From: a virus
Lineage: Duplodnaviria; Caudoviricetes
Direction: 5' to 3' (one strand)
IMG/VR virus record: IMGVR_UViG_2873063797_000002
DNA: 64,000 nucleotides
In this document: one piece after another, positions 55,655 through 64,000 of the stretch
Position numbering within the stretch: position 1 is the stretch's first letter
Layout of the letters: each line of letters begins with the position of its first letter
Notes under the pieces: model-generated
Told to the model about the DNA's origin: nothing
Database searches by the model: none
Seen by the model: only the letters and a program-made list of their open reading frames with translations
Program-made: the position numbers and the translations under genes

Positions 55655-55936
55655 TTGTTCGAGATCTCCCGCATCGCCGACCTGCACCCCACGGCGATCA
55701 CGCACAGCGCCCGTCAGCTCCGCCTAGTCTTCCCCAACGGCTTCGGCGCGTCGGTCATCACCGACGGATACGGCGCGGAGGAAGGGCTCTACGAGGTGGC
55801 CGTGCTGGACGCGGACGGGCACGTCACCTACGACACCCCGGTCACGGGCGACGTCGAGGGATACCAGACCTCCGACGAGGTCGCGGCGCTCCTGCACAGC
55901 ATCGCGGTCCTGCCATCGTCCGCGCTGGAGCGGTGA
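55655..55936 (+). CDS. Conserved phage hypothetical protein
   Basis: FPNGFGASVI...GLYEVAVL...YDTPVTGDV; AAGGAG RBS. Confidence 0.65.
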   Translation: MFEISRIADLHPTAITHSARQLRLVFPNGFGASVITDGYGAEEGLYEVAVLDADGHVTYDTPVTGDVEGYQTSDEVAALLHSIAVLPSSALER

Positions 55937-56282
55937 CCGTGAAGCACAACCCCAACGACTCCGCCATCCGCGCCGCCTTCGACCGCTTCCACACCACGGC
56001 GTCGACGTCCCGCAAGTCGGCCGTCGCCCAGCTCCACACCGACATGAAGCGCGCCGGGGGACCGGTGCCGCAGGAGGAGGAGAAGTGACCACGCAGTACG
56101 AGGAGCACTACATCGTCGAGCACGTCAAGGCGGAGGGGAAGGTCGACGTCGAGCAGTACGACAACCCGTCGGAGGCGATCGGGGCCTACAACGAGCTGGC
56201 CCGTGTGCTGAGTCGCGGAGAGAAGATCAACCTCCACCGGTACAGCTCCGTCGTGCTCGCCTCGTCCGCCCGCGCGAAGTAG
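55933..56282 (+). other. Two small coupled hypothetical genes (55933-56088, 56085-56282)
   Basis: GTGA couplings. Confidence 0.5.
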
Positions 56283-56293
56283 GAGACCCGACC

Positions 56294-56920
56294 ATGCCGA
56301 GGCCCTCCCGACTCCCGTTCCGCGCAGCCGTCGTCACGGCCTCTGCGGCGACCGTCGCTGCCCTGGCGTTCACCATCGCCCCCGACGCGCAGGCGCCCGA
56401 CTACCCGCGTCTGTCCGACGTCGTCTCCGCCCCCGTCGTGACGCCCTCCCCGAACTCTCCGTCGCCGTACCGTCCGGAGCCGCGAGAGCCCCGTCAGACG
56501 ACGCGGGACGAGCCGCGCAAGACACTGACGCCGACGCCCTCCCCGACGGTCGCGAAGCCGTCGAAGACGCCCGCCGTGAAGCGGCCCATCGCGAAGCCGC
56601 CGGCCGACATCCGCATCAGCTTCTACCGCGACTGCACCGGCCACGCTCAGCAGTGCATCGACGCCGGCACCCTGACGATGTACGCGGGCAAGATCCTGGC
56701 CGGCCACAACTACGACGGCTATCAGTGGCTCTCCCGCGTCCCCGTCGGCCGCACGGTCCGCGTCATCTCCGGCCCGCTCGCGGGGACGTACCGGGTCTAC
56801 GGCCACCAGTACATCGACCGCCAGGGCGGCAAGATCCCGGCGTTCAGCGGCGGCCCGGACCTCGTGCTCCAGACGTGCGAGGGGGAGGGGACGGGGTTCT
56901 CGCTGCTACGTCGGGTCTGA
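56294..56920 (+). CDS. Membrane-anchored sortase-fold protein
   Basis: N-terminal TM, Pro/Thr linker, ILAGHN...LVLQTC...LRR. Confidence 0.6.
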   Translation: MPRPSRLPFRAAVVTASAATVAALAFTIAPDAQAPDYPRLSDVVSAPVVTPSPNSPSPYRPEPREPRQTTRDEPRKTLTPTPSPTVAKPSKTPAVKRPIAKPPADIRISFYRDCTGHAQQCIDAGTLTMYAGKILAGHNYDGYQWLSRVPVGRTVRVISGPLAGTYRVYGHQYIDRQGGKIPAFSGGPDLVLQTCEGEGTGFSLLRRV

Positions 56921-57352
56921 TCAACAGCCACGCCAACCACGCTCGTAGAGGAGCCATCATGCCCACCTTCGCCGACTCCCTTGATCAGTTCTTCAACGAC
57001 CTCCGTGACGCCGGGGAATGCGAGTTCTGGGAGTGCCCGCGCACGGGTGCCCAGCCTCACGACCGTAACTGCCTGACGGGCAGTTCGACGGACGACGACG
57101 AGTAGGAGTCCACGTGATGATGCTCGGACGGTTCTGCCCCGACGGTCCTGGCGGCCGTGACTGCTACTGCTGCGGACAGCCGCCGGGGAGGGGGAGGACC
57201 CTTGCCCGTCGGGCGCAGCGCCGCAGGGAGCGGCACGCTTGGCGCAAGAGCGTGAGTCGTTTTACGCGAGTTGGCGAGTAGGGGTTGTGTGGTCGACATA
57301 ACCCGTGCGATAGTCGCTACAGCGAAAGGCACTCACTCACGAAGGAGTCGAA

Positions 57353-57982
57353 ATGAACCTCTGCACCTCCACCCGCCGCAAGGTCACCAAGCACTACGGC
57401 ACCACGTGGGTGTTCGGTCAGCCGGAGTGCGGCAAGCCGGCGACGCACTTCCGCAAGACGGCCGACGACTCCGGCGCCTCCGGGTGGATCATCTACATGT
57501 GCGAGGAGCACGCGGGGGAGGGCTTCGAGGTCATCGCAGACGAGGAGCCGGCGGAGGCCGTCGAGCACCGGGAGACCACGGTCACCGTCGCGGGCGTCGA
57601 CCGCGTCATCCGCACGGAGGTGGGAGGCCGTGTCCGCACCGTCAAGCAGCTCGAAGCGGCGCACACGAAGGCCGTAAAGGCGGCCCTCGTAGAGATGCGT
57701 AAGGCGAACCTGGCGGGCTTCCAGGAGGCCGCGAATGCTGCGGAGGTTAGCGCAAAGAAGAACCCCGGCTCGTGGTTCACTCAGGAGGACGCCAAGCGGG
57801 CGCGCAACATCGCTCGTCGGGCGGAGCGAGGGACCCTCTACTCCCACACCTCCCCGTGGGCGTCGGACCTGAAGCCGTTCCCCCCGGTCAAGTTCACGGA
57901 CGAGGTCCCCGCCTACCTCGTCGAGATCGAGCCGGGCCACTACGCGACGGAGGAGGCCGCGGAGTCGCTCACCCTCTTCTAG
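57353..57982 (+). CDS. Hypothetical protein (cassette 2)
   Basis: AAGGAG RBS after the class B promoter; N-terminal C..C..C Zn motif. Confidence 0.7.
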   Translation: MNLCTSTRRKVTKHYGTTWVFGQPECGKPATHFRKTADDSGASGWIIYMCEEHAGEGFEVIADEEPAEAVEHRETTVTVAGVDRVIRTEVGGRVRTVKQLEAAHTKAVKAALVEMRKANLAGFQEAANAAEVSAKKNPGSWFTQEDAKRARNIARRAERGTLYSHTSPWASDLKPFPPVKFTDEVPAYLVEIEPGHYATEEAAESLTLF

Positions 57983-57990
57983 ACCCTTTG

Positions 57991-58021
57991 GAGCCCCTGT
58001 CAATTCCGGTGACAGGGGCTC
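57991..58021. repeat. 31-bp hairpin GAGCCCCTGTCAATTCCGGTGACAGGGGCTC (identical copies at 59656-59686 and 60519-60549)
   Basis: Three exact copies, each just after a cassette gene. Confidence 0.9.
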
Positions 58022-58031
58022 TAGGCGCCAG

Positions 58032-58229
58032 TCACTTGCGCCTCCACCTGAAGACCGCGTCGACGAGGGAGCGGAAGTAGTCCCCCAGGGCGCGGATGAT
58101 GTGGGGGCGAGCGTCCTCCGACGTCCCGCGCAGAGCAATGCGCAGGCCGATGATGCCGCCGGCTACGACGACGAGGACGCAAAGGACGAGGGCGAGCAGG
58201 ACCCACGGCAGAGCTTCAGCGAACGACAT
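58032..58229 (-). CDS. Small membrane protein, antisense to the early operon
   Basis: One long TM helix; basic C-terminus RWRRK. Confidence 0.55.
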   Translation of the reverse strand: MSFAEALPWVLLALVLCVLVVVAGGIIGLRIALRGTSEDARPHIIRALGDYFRSLVDAVFRWRRK

Positions 58230-58615
58230 GACGAACCCTTCGTGCCATGCCTTCGGAGAGGGCGCCGCCCCGTGGCGACGCTGCAACCTCAACGAAGGAC
58301 AGTTGTGCCTGTCAGACACGGCGCCCGCTAGGCCGTGCTCCGCCGGAGCGGATTCGTTGAAGTCGATACTCCCGATCTTCGGTACTGCGGTACTGCGTTG
58401 CGCGGGCGGACAGGCATTGGCCACAACGTCTGTCCCTACGAGGGGCGTTCAGAAGCCCCATTCGTCCTCCGGGGAAACTGTCCCAGGGACGAGATCTTTC
58501 CAGTTTTCCGATGGCGCCTTTGGCGGCGACGCCTCTTCTCACTTTCCGGGGAGGACGGTAGCCCACGAACCTGGCGCCGTGTCAACTCAGCCACGAGGCA
58601 CTCACAGGAGGAGCC

Positions 58616-58813
58616 ATGCCCGTATTGACCATCCCCGCCCGCGACATCCGCCAGGGCGACCGCTTCAGCCTCCATGGCTTCCGCCGCACGGCTTCTGACG
58701 GAGCCTGGCCGTGGGGAGACCACAGCGTCAGCCTGACCTTCGAGGACGGAGGCTACGCCCTCGTGTCGGACGACACGGAGTTCGTCGTCAACCGCGACGG
58801 GGAGGCGGTGTGA
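58616..58813 (+). CDS. Small beta-barrel-like protein, paralog of 59711
   Basis: ARDIRQGDRF; GGAGGAG RBS. Confidence 0.6.
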   Translation: MPVLTIPARDIRQGDRFSLHGFRRTASDGAWPWGDHSVSLTFEDGGYALVSDDTEFVVNRDGEAV

Positions 58814-59202
58814 CGGAATACGACTACTACAACCCACCTCCGCCGGGGGTCCGCGTCTCGACGGACTTCGGCGACTACGCAACGTGCCATGCGTGCGGAG
58901 GGTTCACGACAGTGTGGCGTGACGGCTTGCTCGCCCTTCACGACCGGCCCCGGGCCGGCGGGCAGTGTCCGGCGTCGTGGTCCGCGGCGGATCTGGAGTC
59001 CGCGATAGCGCGAGACGACCGCCTCAACCCGGAGGAGGAGACGGCAAGCTCCTGGGCGTGGCGATGGGTCAGCATGTGCAGGGGCTACCAGACACTAAGC
59101 AACGGCAGTACGGAACACTGCTGGCACCCCATCTGCGAGGAGCGGAAGGCGAAGGGGATCTACTGGACGCTCTCCGGGTGGAGACGTCGCGACGTCGCGT
59201 GA
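58810..59202 (+). CDS. Cys/His-rich hypothetical protein
   Basis: CHAC...H...C; C...C..P.C. Confidence 0.55.
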   Translation: MTEYDYYNPPPPGVRVSTDFGDYATCHACGGFTTVWRDGLLALHDRPRAGGQCPASWSAADLESAIARDDRLNPEEETASSWAWRWVSMCRGYQTLSNGSTEHCWHPICEERKAKGIYWTLSGWRRRDVA

Positions 59203-59303
59203 GTCGTTTTACGCGATGAGGTTGTGTGGTCGACATAACCTGTGTCATAGTTAGGGCACCGCGAGGGACACACGGTCTCTCCCAAACCTCCCCGGAGGTC
59301 ACC

Positions 59304-59639
59304 ATGAACGCCACGACCAACACCATCGAGGCCGGCACCATCGTTCGCGCCCCGCGGGTCGTGGCGACCGTGTCCACCGGGGTCCGCAAGGGACTCGTTG
59401 TCGACACCTTCGGCGACTCGGCCTTCCTCGTCTGGTTCTACGGCGCCGGCGACGCCAAGACGGAGACCCGCCTCGTCATGAAGCGGGAGATGACGGAGGT
59501 CGGCAGCGTCGGTGACCTGTCGGAGCGGATGCTCTCCCGCCTCCTGGGCGGCATGACGGAGGACGGTCCGGCCCGCGCGATGGGCTTCAAGATCCACCGT
59601 CTCCGGGCGCAGCTCCGCTCCGCGCGCCGGGGCTACTGA
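59304..59639 (+). CDS. Hypothetical protein (cassette 3)
   Basis: GGAGG RBS after the class B promoter. Confidence 0.65.
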   Translation: MNATTNTIEAGTIVRAPRVVATVSTGVRKGLVVDTFGDSAFLVWFYGAGDAKTETRLVMKREMTEVGSVGDLSERMLSRLLGGMTEDGPARAMGFKIHRLRAQLRSARRGY

Positions 59640-59710
59640 CCACCCCTCACCATGTGAGCCCCTGTCAATTCCGGTGACAGGGGCTCGCTCAGTTCTCGTT
59701 TGGAGGAACC

Positions 59711-60090
59711 ATGCGCGACTACCGTCGTTTGATCATGGCTGAGGCCATCCGCCAGGGTGACTCACTGGAGTTCAAGGGCGCGCAGAGGGCGGTGAGCGAA
59801 CCGCCCCGGATGGGCCGGTTGCTGCACCACGTCTTCGTGTCCTTCACGGATGGGGAGGAGGCCGTGTTCACGGCTTCCGACCCCGTCATGGTGCACCGGC
59901 AGGACGCGGCATGTTCCGCCTGACCTTCGAGGACGGCCTCTCCTTCCTCGTCGACGAGGACGCGCGGCTCCACTTCCTCCGCCTGGCGAAGCGCCGGGGC
60001 GACGAGCTGACCCGGGTCCGCGGAGGCCACGTCATCACCCTGGCCGGCCGACGGGTGCGACGGGTGGCGATCATTGCGGAAGTCGCGTGA
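59711..60090 (+). other. Two small genes (59711-59923, paralog of 58616; and 59911-60090)
   Basis: AEAIRQGDSL motif; overlapping ORFs. Confidence 0.55.
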
Positions 60091-60176
60091 GTCGTTTTAC
60101 GCGACGGGGTTGTGTGGTCGACATAACCTGTGTCATGCTGAGGGCACAGCGTAAGGCACTAGCGAAGGAATTGGGC

Positions 60177-60509
60177 ATGAGCACCGCAATTGAGACGGTC
60201 TCGAAGCTGGTAGGGAAGTGGGTCGCGGCTCGTGCCGAACTGGCGGAGATCGAGCGGGCGGAGCACCCGGACATCGTCGACCGCCACGGCCGCACGTGGA
60301 CGTGGTTCGGGCGAGGTGACCTCTACCGGCACTGCGGCAACGCCGCTCCCGCATCCATGATCGACCAGTTCGGGCGCCGCCCGCAGGTGATCTTGGACAA
60401 CCCGAACTACGACCTCTGTGACGTCTGCATCGACGGAAGGGTTCGTAACGCCCCCGTCTGCAAGCCGGAGTGGGACTGCTCGCACAAGTGGTGCGCGAGC
60501 CATCGCTAG
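60177..60509 (+). CDS. Hypothetical protein (cassette 4)
   Basis: After the class B promoter; DRHGRTW and CDVC motifs. Confidence 0.6.
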   Translation: MSTAIETVSKLVGKWVAARAELAEIERAEHPDIVDRHGRTWTWFGRGDLYRHCGNAAPASMIDQFGRRPQVILDNPNYDLCDVCIDGRVRNAPVCKPEWDCSHKWCASHR

Positions 60510-60589
60510 GCACACTCGGAGCCCCTGTCAATTCCGGTGACAGGGGCTCCGGTTCACACTCACAACTCACGCACACTGAACGAGGAGCC

Positions 60590-61237
60590 ATGAGAGCACT
60601 CCGCCGGCTGGACCCCCTTCTGATCCAAGCCATCATCGCCGCCGCACTCTCCTTCGCCCACATCCACGACATCGCGGAGGCTGCGGGACAGGGCGGATGG
60701 AAGGCGTGGGCCTACCCCGTCTCCGTCGACGTCCTCCTCGTCATGGCCTGGAAGCGCGTCAGGGAGGCGGAGGAGGGCGAGTCCATCGCCGCCGCGCGCC
60801 TGTGGTTCTGGCTCTCCCTGGCTGCGTCCATGAGCGCCAACGTGGCTACGGCCGGCGTGATCGACCTGGAGCACCCCCCGACGATGCTCCGCGTCCTCGT
60901 CGCCGCGTGGCCGGTGCTGGCGTTCTTCGGGGGTTCGCTCCTCGTCCACTCCCGCAAGGCACCCACGAAGGCCACTGAGGGGCCGCAGGAGGCCGCTGGA
61001 GAGCCTGCGGGGGAGCCGGTGGAGGAAGTGGTCCCGGAGCCCGTGGAGGAGCCCCAGAGGCCCAACCTCGTCACCTACGCGGAAGCGGCGGCCATGGCCG
61101 ACGTCGCCCCCGAGACGATCCGCGGCGCCGCGAACGGCCCGAAGGCCCGACTGACGAAGTACGAGACGAACCAGGGACCGCGCGTCGACCTCGACGAGGT
61201 CCGTAAGGTCTACAGCAAGCGCCCTGCGGGCGTGTGA
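60590..61237 (+). CDS. DUF2637/SpdA-like membrane protein with C-terminal HTH
   Basis: LSFAHI...AWAYPVSVD, SMSANVA, AAWPVLAF; TYAEAAAMADVAPETIR. Confidence 0.75.
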   Translation: MRALRRLDPLLIQAIIAAALSFAHIHDIAEAAGQGGWKAWAYPVSVDVLLVMAWKRVREAEEGESIAAARLWFWLSLAASMSANVATAGVIDLEHPPTMLRVLVAAWPVLAFFGGSLLVHSRKAPTKATEGPQEAAGEPAGEPVEEVVPEPVEEPQRPNLVTYAEAAAMADVAPETIRGAANGPKARLTKYETNQGPRVDLDEVRKVYSKRPAGV

Positions 61238-61246
61238 GGAGAGACG

Positions 61247-62423
61247 ATGAAGCGTTATGTCGTTAGACCTTCCAACTCAACCCTCCTGCCGTGGCGCGTG
61301 CGTCATCGTCTGTCAATCTTCCCGGCGGCTGACGTGGACGCTGGGGACGGTAACGGAAAGCGCGTCCAGCTCCACCGGTCGGAGGGCGACGCGCAGAAGG
61401 CCGCCCGGCTGCTGAACGGCGAAGGCCTGACTCAGGAGGCCCGTCTCGTCGAGCTGGACCGCAGCATCAAGGCCCTGGAGACGTGGCACCACGAATGGCG
61501 CCTCCGCTGGGACGCGGACTACCGCACGCTGCACCCGGGGGAGTGGTGCGAGCACCACAACGGGCCGAAGATGGGGTGTGAGCTGCCGTGCCACTGGAGG
61601 CGTTCGTATGCGCTTGAGCGCGAGGGGCGTCAAAGGCTGCGCCGGCGGGAGCGGGAGGACGACGTCGAGATCGTCACCTGGAGCGGGCACGTCCTCCGCT
61701 CGCGCCGTGGAGAGCGCGAGGACGAGTACGGCATGACGGTGACGGAGCGACGCCGGGCGACGCGGAACGTGGTCGCGTGGGTCCGCTCGCAGGTGGGGGA
61801 GGCCGACTGATGCAGTGCAAGGACATCCCCGACGCCACCTTCCTCGACGCCGTCCGCACCGCCCCTGCCTCCTCCGCAATCGGATGGCGGAACCGGTGGG
61901 ACGTCCACGAGGCACTGGAAGCCGTCATGGGTCATGAGATCCCGTCCAACCTCCTCATGGCGAAGGCTCGCCGGCTGGAGTCCCGGGGCCTCTTGGGAGG
62001 CTGCACCTGCGGGTGTCGGGGCGACTGGCACCCGTCGGACGAGTGCGGCGACCGAACGTACTGCTGCCCGCCTCGTACCATGGCGGCATGAGCGCCCAGA
62101 CCGGACCCTGCACGAAGTGCCACGAGCCCACCATCCGCTATGGACCCGGAGGGAACCCCCTCTGCCCGGAGTGCCTGGCCCCGGTCCGTGAGCGGCAGGG
62201 TAAGAAGTAGAGACGAGGACGAATGAAGCTCGACGACGATACTCGGAACACGCTGGAGGGGCTGGAGCACGTCGAAGACGCACCGCTCACGGCGACGCAC
62301 GGCCGGTCTGCGTCGCTCTTGCAGTACCTCATGGCCGCCGGCTACGTCGAGAACTCCGGCCCCGGGCGCATGCGTATCAGCGACGTCGGACGTCGCGCTC
62401 TCGCTGACCACCGCGGACACTGA
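61247..62423 (+). other. Four hypothetical genes (61247-61810, 61810-62091, 62088-62210, 62223-62423)
   Basis: Coupled ORFs with RBSs; CTCGCRGD motif in 61810. Confidence 0.55.
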
Positions 62424-62433
62424 GCACCACCAC

Positions 62434-62466
62434 GAAGGCCCCCGCCATCAGGCAGGGGCCTTCTTT
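62434..62466. terminator. Terminator at the convergence of the early operon and the DUF397 gene
   Basis: GAAGGCCCC/GGGGCCTTC followed by TTT. Confidence 0.7.
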
Positions 62467-62480
62467 GCGTTCAGGCTAGA

Positions 62481-62690
62481 TCAGACGTCGCCACGCTTCA
62501 CAGCGTCGACGAAGCCCCACCACGTGTCAGCGGAGAAGACGACCGCCGGGCCGGCGGGACGCTTGCTGTCGCGCACGGGGAGAGCCGCGGGAACGGCACC
62601 GTGGGCGACCTCGACGCAGTCACCTTGGTTGCCGCTGTATGACGACTTCGTCCAGGTAAAGGGCAAGGCGGAAGAGTTGGGGATCATCAT
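62481..62690 (-). CDS. DUF397 protein
   Basis: WTKSSYSGNQGDCVEVA...VRDSK...P...F....W..F. Confidence 0.93.
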   Translation of the reverse strand: MMIPNSSALPFTWTKSSYSGNQGDCVEVAHGAVPAALPVRDSKRPAGPAVVFSADTWWGFVDAVKRGDV

Positions 62691-63580
62691 CAGATGGAGT
62701 CCTTCAGTCGTTCAATGAGGTCGGCTGAGTCGTCGAACGGCAACGCTGCGGCCCTCAGCCGCTCGAAGGCGCTGCCGTAACGGCTCACTTCCGTATGGTC
62801 CTCGACATACAAGGCGTTCGTCAGGTTCTCCAGATAGACGACGTCAAGGTCAGCCGTCTCGGGGAAGCCGAACAGTACGAAGCTTCCGATCATCCCCACG
62901 TGTGGCGGGGCATCGAGCGGAAGCACCTGTATCGAGACATTCGGAAGCTCTTGTCTGTCGAGCAGCGATTGAAGCTGCTCCTTCATGATCTTCGGGTGGC
63001 TCTTGACCCGCGGACGGAGCGCAGCCTCATGGATGACGGCCCACAGCTCCAGAGGGTCCGGGCGGGTAAGGACGGACTGACGAGCCATCCGCACCTCTGC
63101 CAGCCGGTTGACCTCGTCGGGGGTCGACGTCATACCCGTGGCGCTCAGCGTCGCGCGAGCGTAGGCGACCGTCTGGAGGAGTCCCGGGATGAGGGTGGAC
63201 TGGTACGAGCGCATCGACTGTGCGTCAGCCTCCAGGCTGATCAGGTCCGCGTACGCCGGGGAGATCAAGTCTTTGTAGGTCTGCCACCACCCGCGCCGGC
63301 TCCCATGCCGCGCGATGGAGCGGAGGACGGTACGAAGGGACTCGTCCTCGACGTCGTAGAGGTCCAGAAGCTCGTCAAGATCGTCAGGCTTGATGCCCAG
63401 GCGCCCCAGTTCGACGCGGCCGACCTTCGATTCGGGCATCGACGTGCGAGCGGCGACGTCTTCGAGTTTCAGCCCCTTGGCCTGGCGCAACTGACGCAGC
63501 TTCGCCCCAAGCTGACGCTTGCGCACCGTCGGCTCACCTACTGCGCCCAACTCGTCCCCGATTCCTCGTCTCTGCGCCAT
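62690..63580 (-). CDS. XRE HTH plus DUF5753 regulator (WhiJ/Scr1-like)
   Basis: RRxLGAKLRQLR, IPGLLQTVAYARA, RMARQ, VIHEAAL, VYLEN. Confidence 0.93.
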   Translation of the reverse strand: MAQRRGIGDELGAVGEPTVRKRQLGAKLRQLRQAKGLKLEDVAARTSMPESKVGRVELGRLGIKPDDLDELLDLYDVEDESLRTVLRSIARHGSRRGWWQTYKDLISPAYADLISLEADAQSMRSYQSTLIPGLLQTVAYARATLSATGMTSTPDEVNRLAEVRMARQSVLTRPDPLELWAVIHEAALRPRVKSHPKIMKEQLQSLLDRQELPNVSIQVLPLDAPPHVGMIGSFVLFGFPETADLDVVYLENLTNALYVEDHTEVSRYGSAFERLRAAALPFDDSADLIERLKDSI

Positions 63581-63787
63581 CTTCCCGCCGCTGGAGCGAC
63601 GCGGCTACACAGCCTCCCATAGTTGGGACGCCGACCCTAGATCGGACTGCATTTTTGCAGTCTTGGTCTGTCGGGTTGCAATTCCGAGAGTTCTGGCGAC
63701 ACACTAGACGTGCCATTCCGCACACGGCGAGTCACCGAATGTACGGGGCTTCGTTGTGACGTGTGCCTGATTCCGGGAGGTGGGGGA

Positions 63788-64000
63788 ATGGCGTACGAGC
63801 GAACGCTTCAAGAGCCGATCTGCTTAAGCGATCCGCTGGAGTGGGGTCCGAAACCGGCGCCGGGGTGTGACGTGTGCGGGGCCCTCGCGAGTCAGTACGC
63901 GACGTTCAACAACCCGAGCAACCCCGAGTACAACCCGTCAAAGGCGACTGACGTTCTCGTCGAAATCGGCCGGCACCCGCACGGGGAGGGGCGCTCGTGA
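63788..64000 (+). CDS. Small CxxC...RHP protein, homolog of 2745-2942
   Basis: PKPAPGCDVCGAL...TDVLVEIGRHP. Confidence 0.65.
   Translation: MAYERTLQEPICLSDPLEWGPKPAPGCDVCGALASQYATFNNPSNPEYNPSKATDVLVEIGRHPHGEGRS

Larger units (their letters stand above)
3485..64000 (+). mobile_element. Temperate siphovirus prophage, >60 kb, phiC31-like gene order; right att lies beyond the window
   Basis: Integrase, packaging, head, tail, lysis, replication and RDF modules are all present and syntenic. Confidence 0.95.

Noticed and set aside
16038-60103. CRISPR array interpretation of the 19-bp and 31-bp repeats
   Set aside because: The copies are dispersed over kilobases with no regular spacers and no cas operon. 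The Cas4-like nuclease at 34283 fits a phage recombination exonuclease.

Overview
High-GC actinobacterial DNA, almost certainly Streptomyces, consisting almost entirely of two adjacent prophage-type elements. (1) 1-~3170 is the right end of one element: a 5'-truncated large terminase, a terminator and an XRE regulator cassette. (2) ~3170-3485 is an internal fragment of a host Rv2578c-family (spore photoproduct lyase-like) radical SAM gene, cut on both sides by att-like junctions. (3) ~3485 to beyond 64000 is a largely intact siphovirus prophage of more than 60 kb with phiC31-like architecture. In order it carries a serine integrase, a tRNA cluster, HNH/cos/terminase, head, tail and lysis genes, a putative immunity operon, an early region, an array of promoter-gene-hairpin cassettes and a terminal XRE/DUF397 cassette. 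The early region includes an exonuclease, a phiC31 gp3-like RDF, a split C5 methyltransferase, a resolvase, a primase-helicase, a PolA and a sigma factor. The most striking features the ORF track does not explain are: two independent integrations into the same host gene; two ~115-bp AT-rich palindromes with compensatory changes that bracket the whole late region; 13 copies of a 19-bp operator plus two promoter classes; and a 75-nt tRNA-shaped RNA in the early cassette array. All protein family calls come from motif recognition by eye. No database searches were run.
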